This document shows positions 27,100 to 34,251 of a stretch of DNA of 47,732 nucleotides, piece after piece. The notes beneath the pieces are model-generated. The model made no database searches and was not told the DNA's origin. It saw nothing but the letters and a program-made list of their open reading frames with translations. Source of the DNA: Selenomonas sp. (GTDB lineage: Bacteria; Bacillota; Negativicutes; Selenomonadales; Selenomonadaceae); assembly GCF_052169755.1 (NCBI RefSeq), contig NZ_JBQNBV010000001.1, positions 1 to 47,732 on the forward strand. The letters are read 5' to 3'. A program made the translations under genes and the position numbers. Each line of letters begins with the position of its first letter. The stretch's first letter is position 1.

Positions 27100-27250
27100 C
27101 GCTATCTCCTCCTTAGAAGCAGGCCAGCCAACTGCGGGGAAATAGTCATTCAACGTGCGAAAGCAGGGTTGAGTGATTATTTACATCTTTACAACACTCA
27201 TATAGGAAAAACATTATTTAACTAAATCTGTATAGTTTTTCCTACTCCTT

Positions 27251-27279
27251 AGTATAGCATGACTTGGCAAATGTTTCAA
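27251..27279 (-). promoter_or_regulatory. Putative sigma-A promoter of abrB
   Basis: Minus strand: TTGAAA (27279-27274), 17 nt, TGc-TATACT (27256-27251). Confidence 0.75.
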
Positions 27280-27360
27280 GTGGGATAATTAAGAAAAAAT
27301 AATAAATTGTTTGCGGGGGGGGTGCAATGTTTTCCTCACAAGAAACATTGTTGCTTGTAC

Positions 27361-27390
27361 TTGCACTTGAGGAAGGATTTATTCTATAAT
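27361..27390 (+). promoter_or_regulatory. Putative sigma-A promoter of metG
   Basis: TTGCAC (27361-27366), 18 nt, TATAAT (27385-27390). Confidence 0.6.
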
Positions 27391-27437
27391 AAGAAAAGTA
27401 TGTGAATGCGGTATCATGCCGTCAAGGAGGCTTTTTC

Positions 27438-29399
27438 ATGACAAGGAAATCATTCTATATAACGACGCCGATCTACTATCCGAGCGCGAAACTGCATATC
27501 GGACATGCGTACTGCACGACGATCGCCGATGCCGTCGCACGTTTCAAGCGATTGACCGATCACGACGTCTTTTTCCTCACGGGAAGCGATGAGCACGGGC
27601 AGAAGATTCAGCAGAAAGCGCAAGAGGGCGGCGTGACGCCGATCGCTTACGTTGACAAGATCGTTGCAGGCTTTCAGGGGCTTTGGAAAAAGCTCCGCAT
27701 CTCAAACGACGATTTTCTGCGCACGACTGAGAAGCGGCATGAGCGCGTCGTGCAGGAGATCTTTCGCCGCATTTACGAGAAAGGCGACATTTACAAGGGC
27801 AAGTATAAGGGGCTGTACTGTACGCCGTGCGAGAGCTATTGGACGGAGCGCCAGCTTGCAGACGGCAAGTGCCCCGACTGCGGTCGTGCAGTGGCGGAGG
27901 TCGAAGAGGACGCTTACTTTTTCAAGATGTCGCGCTACGCTGATCGCGTCTTGGCGTACATCGAGGAGCATCCCGACTTCATTCAGCCCGTGTCGCGCCG
28001 CAACGAGATGATCAACTTCATCAAACAGGGGCTTGAGGATCTGTGCATTTCGCGCACGTCGTTCGACTGGGGCATCCCCGTGCCGATGGCGCCCGATCAT
28101 GTCATCTACGTCTGGTTCGACGCCTTGACGAACTATCTGACGCCGATCGGCTTCCTCGACGATCCTGAGAAATTCGAGAAATACTGGCCCGCCGACATTC
28201 ACCTCGTCGGCAAGGAGATCGTACGCTTTCACTCGATCATCTGGCCGTGCATCCTCATGGCGCTCGACCTGCCGCTGCCGAAGATGGTCTATGGTCATGG
28301 CTGGCTCATCGTCGACGGCGATAAGATGTCGAAATCGAAAGGCAACGTCGTCGATCCCGTACAGCTCATTGACGAATTCGGCGCCGACGCCATCCGCTAC
28401 TTCCTGCTGCGTGAGATCAATCTCGGACAAGACGGCAACTTTTCGCGCGATGCACTCATTGGGCGCATCAACGCCGACCTCGCGAACGACCTCGGCAACC
28501 TCCTGCACCGCACGCTGAACATGATCGGCAAGTTTCAGGGCGGCGTCGTAGAAAAAGCGCTTGGTGAGAGCGAGATTGACCGTGCGTTCCTTGCTGAGGC
28601 GGAGAATACGATTGTCGCCTACGAGCGCGAGATGGAAGAGATGAAGCTGCAGAGCGCCATCAAGACGACGTGGGCGTTTATCAGCCGTGCGAACAAATAC
28701 ATTGACGAAACGATGCAGTGGGCGCTCGCCAAGGATGCGGCGAAGAAGCAGACGCTTACGAACACGCTTTACAACCTCGCCGAGAGCCTGCGCCGTATCA
28801 GCGTTCTCATCGAGCCGTTTATGCCCGAGACAGCAGAGAAGATCTGGCGTCAGCTTGGCATCGAAGAGGAGTTCGCTGCCGTACGTTTTGCCGATGTCCG
28901 CACATGGGGCGGTTTTGCCGCAGGGACGCAGGTAAAGACTCCCGAGCAGCTCTTCCCGCGCATTGACGTGGAAGCGGAGGAAAAGCCTGCGGAAGATAGG
29001 AAGAAAAGCCCTATGGAAAAGCCTCAAACGTCGCAGAGAAAGCAAAAGGAACAAGCCGCGAAGAAAGCGGAAGCGAGCGACGGCATCGTCACGTTTGATG
29101 AGTTCAGCCGCGTCGATCTGCGCGCTGCCGAAATCCTTACGGCAGAGCGCGTGCCCGATACGGAAAAGCTCATGCGCCTTACGGTGAGCCTTGGCGCAGA
29201 AGAGCGCGAAATCGTTTCGGGCATTGCCGAGTTTTATGCGGCAGACGAGCTTGTCGGCAAAAAGGTCGTTCTCGTCGCAAACTTGAAGCCTGCGAAGATT
29301 CGCGGCATCCGATCGCACGGCATGATATTGTGTACGTCGAGCGAGGAGGGGCTGCGGCTCGTCGAGCCTGCCGCACCCGCAGGGAGCAAGGTGAAATGA
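27438..29399 (+). CDS. metG: Methionine--tRNA ligase with C-terminal tRNA-binding domain
   Basis: FYITTPIYYPS, HIGH, YVWFDAL, KMSKS, C-terminal NLKPAKIRGIRSHGMIL; AAGGAGG RBS. Confidence 0.98.
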   Translation: MTRKSFYITTPIYYPSAKLHIGHAYCTTIADAVARFKRLTDHDVFFLTGSDEHGQKIQQKAQEGGVTPIAYVDKIVAGFQGLWKKLRISNDDFLRTTEKRHERVVQEIFRRIYEKGDIYKGKYKGLYCTPCESYWTERQLADGKCPDCGRAVAEVEEDAYFFKMSRYADRVLAYIEEHPDFIQPVSRRNEMINFIKQGLEDLCISRTSFDWGIPVPMAPDHVIYVWFDALTNYLTPIGFLDDPEKFEKYWPADIHLVGKEIVRFHSIIWPCILMALDLPLPKMVYGHGWLIVDGDKMSKSKGNVVDPVQLIDEFGADAIRYFLLREINLGQDGNFSRDALIGRINADLANDLGNLLHRTLNMIGKFQGGVVEKALGESEIDRAFLAEAENTIVAYEREMEEMKLQSAIKTTWAFISRANKYIDETMQWALAKDAAKKQTLTNTLYNLAESLRRISVLIEPFMPETAEKIWRQLGIEEEFAAVRFADVRTWGGFAAGTQVKTPEQLFPRIDVEAEEKPAEDRKKSPMEKPQTSQRKQKEQAAKKAEASDGIVTFDEFSRVDLRAAEILTAERVPDTEKLMRLTVSLGAEEREIVSGIAEFYAADELVGKKVVLVANLKPAKIRGIRSHGMILCTSSEEGLRLVEPAAPAGSKVK

Positions 29400-30169
29400 T
29401 GGAGCTTATCGATACGCATGCACATCTTGACGGCGAAAAATTCGATGAAGATCGCGCCGCCGTCATTGACCGAGCCGTGAAAAGCGGCGTCATAAAGATC
29501 ATCACGATGGGCGACAGCCTCGAATCCTCGGCGAGGAGCGCCGCGCTCACCGAGGAATTTGCGCCTGTCTATGCGGCGGTTGGCATCCATCCCGAAGAGG
29601 CGCAGCCGATGACGACGGCGACGGACGATCAGCTTGCCGCATGGGCAGTACAGGAAAAGGTCGTCGCCATCGGTGAGATCGGTCTCGACTACTACTGGGA
29701 AAAGGACGAGGAGAAGCGTGCGCTGCAGCGCAGCATCTTCGTGCGCCAACTCGATCTCGCACGGCAGCTGCATCTGCCCGTCTGCATCCACGACCGCGAG
29801 GCGCATGGCGACATGCTGAAGATTCTCAAGACGGAAGGCAAGGGGCTTCGCGGCGTGCTGCACTGCTATTCAGGCAGTTGGGAGATGGCGGCAGAACTGT
29901 TGAAGGGCGAATGGTACTTTGGTATTGACGGTCCCTTGACGTACAAAAACGCCGCGAAATTGCCCGAGATCGTGCAGCGGCTGCCGGCGGAGCGTATTCT
30001 TATTGAGACCGATTCCCCATACCTTTCTCCTATGCCGTTTCGTGGCAAACGCAATGAATCGGCGCATCTTGTTTACATCGCGAAGAAGGCGGCGCAGCTG
30101 CGCGGCGAAAGCCTCGAAGCCTTTGCACGGGCAACGCGCGAGAATACGCGCGATCTCTACGGAATTTGA
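29396..30169 (+). CDS. tatD: TatD family DNase (YabD)
   Basis: IDTHAHL, GIHP, AIGEIGLDY, IHDREA, HCYSG, ETDSPYL; ATGA overlap with the metG stop. Confidence 0.95.
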   Translation: MMELIDTHAHLDGEKFDEDRAAVIDRAVKSGVIKIITMGDSLESSARSAALTEEFAPVYAAVGIHPEEAQPMTTATDDQLAAWAVQEKVVAIGEIGLDYYWEKDEEKRALQRSIFVRQLDLARQLHLPVCIHDREAHGDMLKILKTEGKGLRGVLHCYSGSWEMAAELLKGEWYFGIDGPLTYKNAAKLPEIVQRLPAERILIETDSPYLSPMPFRGKRNESAHLVYIAKKAAQLRGESLEAFARATRENTRDLYGI

Positions 30170-30202
30170 AAGAAAATTACATTTAATGTTATGCTAATAA
30201 AT

Positions 30203-30248
30203 AAGTGGTGAACGCCTGTCACAAAAGGGCTTTCACCACTTCTCTTTT
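30203..30248 (+). terminator. Probable terminator hairpin after tatD
   Basis: AAGTGGTGAA (30203-30212) pairs with TTCACCACTT (30232-30241), followed by CTCTTTT. Confidence 0.6.
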
Positions 30249-30289
30249 CCCTAAATATGGTGTTTAATTCCATCTAAGTGGGGCATATA

Positions 30290-30318
30290 TTGACAAAGCG
30301 GGAAAAAGGTGCTAGAAT
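30290..30318 (+). promoter_or_regulatory. Near-consensus sigma-A promoter of the yabE-like gene
   Basis: TTGACA (30290-30295), 17 nt, TGc-TAGAAT (30313-30318). Confidence 0.85.
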
Positions 30319-30351
30319 AAGCGTGTCGTTAATTTTCTAAGGGGGGATTGA

Positions 30352-31113
30352 ATGACTTTACGGAAACTAGCACTTTGCATGGTGCTGATTCTCGGAGTCG
30401 TATTCACGACAGGCTTTACGGATGCAATGAGGAGTGTCCTCATTGACGTTGACGGAAAGACCTTGGAGGTAAGCACCAGATACTCAAGCCCGGAGCTGAT
30501 CTTGCATCAGGCAGGCGTTGAGATTAGGCACAAGGATGAGTTTCAGTTAAAGAAATCGGACAAAGAAGAGAAAATTATCGTGCAGCGTGCCGTGCCGGTC
30601 GTCATCGAGTTTGAGGGCGACAGGCAGAAGGTTTATACGACTCGCAGCAATGTGGGCGAAGTGCTCAAAGACTACGGATACGTTGGCGACCGTTTTTCGG
30701 CGGAGCTTGACGGGGCAACAAAACTTGAAAAGAATCTCAGCATTAAGATACACGATTTGGTCGCAGAACAAGAGAGAGAAGAAGCAGCAAGACGTGCCCA
30801 GTCTGTAGAAACATCGCGCGGCGCTATGCGCTATGTGCGTGAGTACGATATGGAAGCGACGGCGTACCTGCCGACCGATGGCGGCGGCAACGGCATCACA
30901 GCTTCCGGTATGCTCGCAGAGCGAGGTGTTGTAGCCGTGGATACGGACGTGATTCCTTTGGGAACGCGCCTTTACATCCCAGGTTACGGTATGGCCATCG
31001 CAGGGGATACGGGCGGAGCTATTTATGGCGAGCGCATCGACCTGTGTATGGAGTCCTACGGTGAGGCGATGGAATTCGGCCGCCGTTGGGTCAAGGTGTA
31101 TGTGTTGGAATAA
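30352..31113 (+). CDS. YabE-like cell-wall protein (ubiquitin-like DUF348 repeats + 3D domain)
   Basis: Signal/anchor, VLIDVDGK and IIVQRAVPVVIEFEG repeats, 3D domain MEATAY...TASG...VAVDTDVIPLGTRLYIPGYG.AIAGDTGGAI.GERIDL; follows tatD. Confidence 0.88.
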   Translation: MTLRKLALCMVLILGVVFTTGFTDAMRSVLIDVDGKTLEVSTRYSSPELILHQAGVEIRHKDEFQLKKSDKEEKIIVQRAVPVVIEFEGDRQKVYTTRSNVGEVLKDYGYVGDRFSAELDGATKLEKNLSIKIHDLVAEQEREEAARRAQSVETSRGAMRYVREYDMEATAYLPTDGGGNGITASGMLAERGVVAVDTDVIPLGTRLYIPGYGMAIAGDTGGAIYGERIDLCMESYGEAMEFGRRWVKVYVLE

Positions 31114-31122
31114 CGACATAGA

Positions 31123-31158
31123 AAAAGAGGACGGTTGCGAAAACGACCGTCCTCTTTT
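31123..31158. terminator. Bidirectional rho-independent terminator
   Basis: AAAAGAGGACGGT...ACCGTCCTCTTTT between convergent genes. Confidence 0.85.
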
Positions 31159-31194
31159 CGTTGTCTATGGGGCTATCGCAAGCGTCTGTACGTG

Positions 31195-31611
31195 TCAGAG
31201 CTTTTCGATATACGGGTCTTCGCGGAAGGCTTCAGCATGTTGGATCAGCCCTTTGAGCCGTTCGATGTTTTTCTTATGCAGAACGATGGCGAACTCGATG
31301 CGTGTCCGTTCCTCTTCCGTGAAGTCGCCCTTTTCATGTGATTCCTCAATGCGCTTGAGCCGTTCTTCTACGTCGGTAAGCTCGTCGGCGAGGAGTTTTT
31401 TGTCGTGCATGGCAAGTCCATAGACGGTGCGCAGCCCCTGTCGCACCTCGTATGCATAGCCATCTTCGTGTGTGACGGCCTCAAGCTCCTTAGCGATCTC
31501 GTAGATGATGTCGTAAGGGTTGTCCGCGCCGTTAATCATGCCGAGCATCTTCATTTTGATGTTTTCAAAGAGCGTGTAGTCGATATTTTCGTGGTGGATT
31601 TCTTCTGCCAT
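31195..31611 (-). CDS. Hypothetical acidic helical protein (138 aa)
   Basis: GAGGGG RBS before the ATG at 31611; protein-like composition with a coiled-coil C-terminal half; no family recognised. Confidence 0.75.
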   Translation of the reverse strand: MAEEIHHENIDYTLFENIKMKMLGMINGADNPYDIIYEIAKELEAVTHEDGYAYEVRQGLRTVYGLAMHDKKLLADELTDVEERLKRIEESHEKGDFTEEERTRIEFAIVLHKKNIERLKGLIQHAEAFREDPYIEKL

Positions 31612-31668
31612 AGCTGCCCCTCTTTCCGTTTTAGAAATCACGGCGCCCTCTGCCGTCTTTATATGCGT

Positions 31669-32514
31669 TCAATTTCTGACGAGCGCGGCATATTTCGTAC
31701 GTTCGTTTGCTGGAATTTGCAGTACATCCATCGCTTTTTCCAGCGAAATCCCCAAGTTTTCCATCATGCTGCGGATGGAGGATGCTACTCCCTCGAGTTT
31801 TCCTTCGAGTTTTCCTTCGAGTTTTCCTTCGGCTTTTCCTTCCTTGAAGCCAGCCTTTCTTTCTTCCATCATTTTCATCGCGAAAGTCATATAGCTCACC
31901 CTCTTTTCATTTTCTCGCTTGATTCTCTGAATCGCCTCGTCGATTTCCTGTACGAGCGGATCGTCGCATGCGTACCCGTTTACATAGTCGAGGAACGCTT
32001 TGACGCTTTCATCCACATCGTTCAACGTGCCTTTGGTGTTCAAAAAGATTTTTGTCGCGTCGTCGCAAAGCTCGATGGATCGCTCCTCTAGGCAGAGATT
32101 GCGGAAGGTGTAGATGTGCCGATTCTTACCAAAAGGATCAAAGGAACAGATGAAGATGATGATTGTTTTATTCAAGTCGTCATAGTCTGCGCCCTCTGCC
32201 AGTAGGTCGGCGTCGATCATCGACTGGTAGTAGCGCGTGCGTTTGCAAAGGTTCATTCCTTCGAGCATACGAACCTGCATTTCGATGTTGTAAACCGTCT
32301 CTGCATCATCGCGTACATAGACGTCCAAGCGGATGCCTTTGCCCTGATAGCGAGCGTTCATGGATTTTTCCGTTTCGAGATAGCGGATATCTTTGATTTC
32401 TACGCGAAGAATTCCTTGGAGCAGGTTCAGACATATCGGTTTGATGCTCATGATGAGTTTGAACATATAATCGTCTTGAATCGTCAATTCTTCCCACGGT
32501 TTTATGCGATACAT
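31669..32514 (-). CDS. Rpn family recombination-promoting nuclease / PD-(D/E)XK putative transposase
   Basis: LTIQDDYMFKLIM, GIRLDVY, YNIEMQ, RTRYYQSMID, IIFICSFDPF, C-terminal EGKxEG repeats. ATG at 32514 with GAGGTG RBS. Confidence 0.92.
   Translation of the reverse strand: MYRIKPWEELTIQDDYMFKLIMSIKPICLNLLQGILRVEIKDIRYLETEKSMNARYQGKGIRLDVYVRDDAETVYNIEMQVRMLEGMNLCKRTRYYQSMIDADLLAEGADYDDLNKTIIIFICSFDPFGKNRHIYTFRNLCLEERSIELCDDATKIFLNTKGTLNDVDESVKAFLDYVNGYACDDPLVQEIDEAIQRIKRENEKRVSYMTFAMKMMEERKAGFKEGKAEGKLEGKLEGKLEGVASSIRSMMENLGISLEKAMDVLQIPANERTKYAALVRN
31793..31840. repeat. 12-bp tandem repeat inside rpn (encodes EGKA-EGKL-EGKL-EGKL)
   Basis: TCGAGTTTTCCT three times, plus TCGGCTTTTCCT. Confidence 0.9.
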
Positions 32515-32546
32515 CCGCGTCACCTCTCAAATCGCTTCTTTTCTAT

Positions 32547-32575
32547 ATTCTACGGGGTTTTACGCCTTCTTGCAA
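32547..32575 (-). promoter_or_regulatory. Putative sigma-A promoter of rpn
   Basis: Minus strand: TTGCAA (32575-32570), 17 nt, TAGAAT (32552-32547). Confidence 0.7.
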
Positions 32576-32593
32576 GGCGGTTTTTCGTTTTTA

Positions 32594-32622
32594 TTTACAG
32601 AGCAGGATACACCGTCTATAAT
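32594..32622 (+). promoter_or_regulatory. Putative sigma-A promoter of the amino acid permease
   Basis: TTTACA (32594-32599), 17 nt, TATAAT (32617-32622); implies a leader of about 125 nt. Confidence 0.7.
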
Positions 32623-32756
32623 GAAAGGAGCAATTTTATTATGAAAGTCCGAGAAGTCAAGCCGAAGGCGCAGGCTGATTGGGTAACTTTCCGTAAGGTC
32701 GGCGCACTTTTGACCACGAAGGGGACGTTTGTGCGTGTAGTTTTTGAGGTGATATC

Positions 32757-34103
32757 ATGCAAGGTCGAAAAGAAATGCAGCGCGGCTTGAAGAACCGTCA
32801 TCTGCAAATGATCGCACTCGGCGGCGCCATCGGCACGGGGCTGTTCTATGGCTCGGCATCGACGATCAAGCTCGCGGGGCCTGCCGTCATGCTCGCCTAT
32901 CTGACGGGCGGTGTCGTCATTTTCCTTATCATGCGTATGCTCGGCGAGATGGCGGTCGAAGAGCCTGTGTCCGGCTCGTTCAGTCATTATGCCGCGAAGT
33001 ATTGGGGGGCGTTTCCGGGCTTTTTTTCGGGCTGGAATTATTGGTTCAACTATGTTATCGTCAGCATGGCGGAGCTTTCTGTCATTGGGATTTACATGAA
33101 TTATTGGCTGCCCGATCTGCCGCAGTGGCTCTCGGCGCTCGTCACGCTCGTCGTCATCACGTCGCTGAATCTCGCCGCCGTCAGGGCGTACGGTGAGATG
33201 GAATTTTGGTTTGCGATCGTCAAGGTCGCCGCCATTGTGCTGATGATTATTCTGGGGCTGTATCTCATCTTTTCCCAACCGGCGCCGTTTCCGATGAACT
33301 TCTCCAATCTTTGGATGCACGGCGGCTTCTTCCCGAACGGCGTATGGGGCATGATGCTTTCGATCACCGTCGTCATGTTTTCTTTCGGCGGCATTGAGCT
33401 GATCGGTATCACGGCGGGGGAAGCCGCCGATCCCGACCGCTCGATTCCGTGCGCCATCAATCAGGTGATCTGGCGCATTTTGATCTTCTACGTCGGCGCT
33501 ATGGCGGTGCTTATGGCGCTTTGGCGCTGGGATGAGGTCGGCATGGAGGCAAGCCCTTTCGTGCAGATCTTCTCGAATGTCGGTATTCCCGCCGCCGCGC
33601 ACATCTTGAACTTCGTCGTATTGACCGCCGCCGTCTCCGTCTACAACTCGGCGATCTACAGCAACTCGCGTATGCTCTACGGACTGGCTGCGGGCGGCGA
33701 TGCGCCGAAGGCTCTCATGCGTCTCTCGCGTCAAGGCGTACCTGTCGTCGGCATATTGATCTCCTCGGGTGTGACGCTTCTCGCCGTACTTTTGAATTAC
33801 TTGTTCCCCGGGCGGGTGTTCATGCTCTTTCTCTCCATCGCTATGGCGTCCGTCATCATCAGCTGGGGTACGATCGTCATTACACATTGGAAATTCCGCT
33901 GTCTTTATGCGCGGGAAGGCCGCCGTGCGAAATTTCGTGCGCCGCTTTTTCCCGTTGTCAATTATATCTGCCTTGCGTTCCTCGTCATGATGTACTTCTT
34001 GATGACGCAGATTCCTGACATGCAGTTCGCCGCCTTCGTTCTGCCCGTCTGGCTCTTTGTGCTGTGGCTCGGCTATCGCAGGAGAAAGCGCGGCGATAGA
34101 TAG
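32757..34103 (+). CDS. APC-superfamily amino acid permease (AroP/PheP/GabP/ProY-like)
   Basis: RGLKNRHLQMIALGGAIGTGLF, GEMEFWFAIVKV, FSFGGIELIGITAGEA, ASPFVQIF, SRMLYGLA. Substrate not assignable. Confidence 0.93.
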   Translation: MQGRKEMQRGLKNRHLQMIALGGAIGTGLFYGSASTIKLAGPAVMLAYLTGGVVIFLIMRMLGEMAVEEPVSGSFSHYAAKYWGAFPGFFSGWNYWFNYVIVSMAELSVIGIYMNYWLPDLPQWLSALVTLVVITSLNLAAVRAYGEMEFWFAIVKVAAIVLMIILGLYLIFSQPAPFPMNFSNLWMHGGFFPNGVWGMMLSITVVMFSFGGIELIGITAGEAADPDRSIPCAINQVIWRILIFYVGAMAVLMALWRWDEVGMEASPFVQIFSNVGIPAAAHILNFVVLTAAVSVYNSAIYSNSRMLYGLAAGGDAPKALMRLSRQGVPVVGILISSGVTLLAVLLNYLFPGRVFMLFLSIAMASVIISWGTIVITHWKFRCLYAREGRRAKFRAPLFPVVNYICLAFLVMMYFLMTQIPDMQFAAFVLPVWLFVLWLGYRRRKRGDR

Positions 34104-34251
34104 AAAAAATTGGTTTTTATTATGCCTTTATGATATGATTAAAAGAAAATGCTGAAGAGTTGGAGAAGATGAGGTGAAGCGCCATTGTTCAAGATGCTCA
34201 GTATTTGGATGATCGGGGAATCGTTTTTCAAAAATGATGGGAGAGAAGCGC

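Noticed and set aside
30165..30200. Possible dif (XerCD) site from TTATGCTAAT
   Set aside because: The left arm lacks the ATAA half-site at the correct spacing, and the surrounding genes are normally origin-proximal.
31793..31840. Tandem repeat considered as a CRISPR array
   Set aside because: 12-bp units with no spacers, in frame within rpn; no cas genes in the window.
31669..32514. rpn as an IS/transposon
   Set aside because: No terminal inverted repeats or target-site duplication were seen, and the family is not a demonstrated transposase.
32647..32726. Canonical glycine, lysine, SAM or T-box riboswitch call
   Set aside because: Key consensus elements (CTCTCAGG, T-box GGTGGNACCGCG, S-box core) are absent; kept only as an unclassified candidate.
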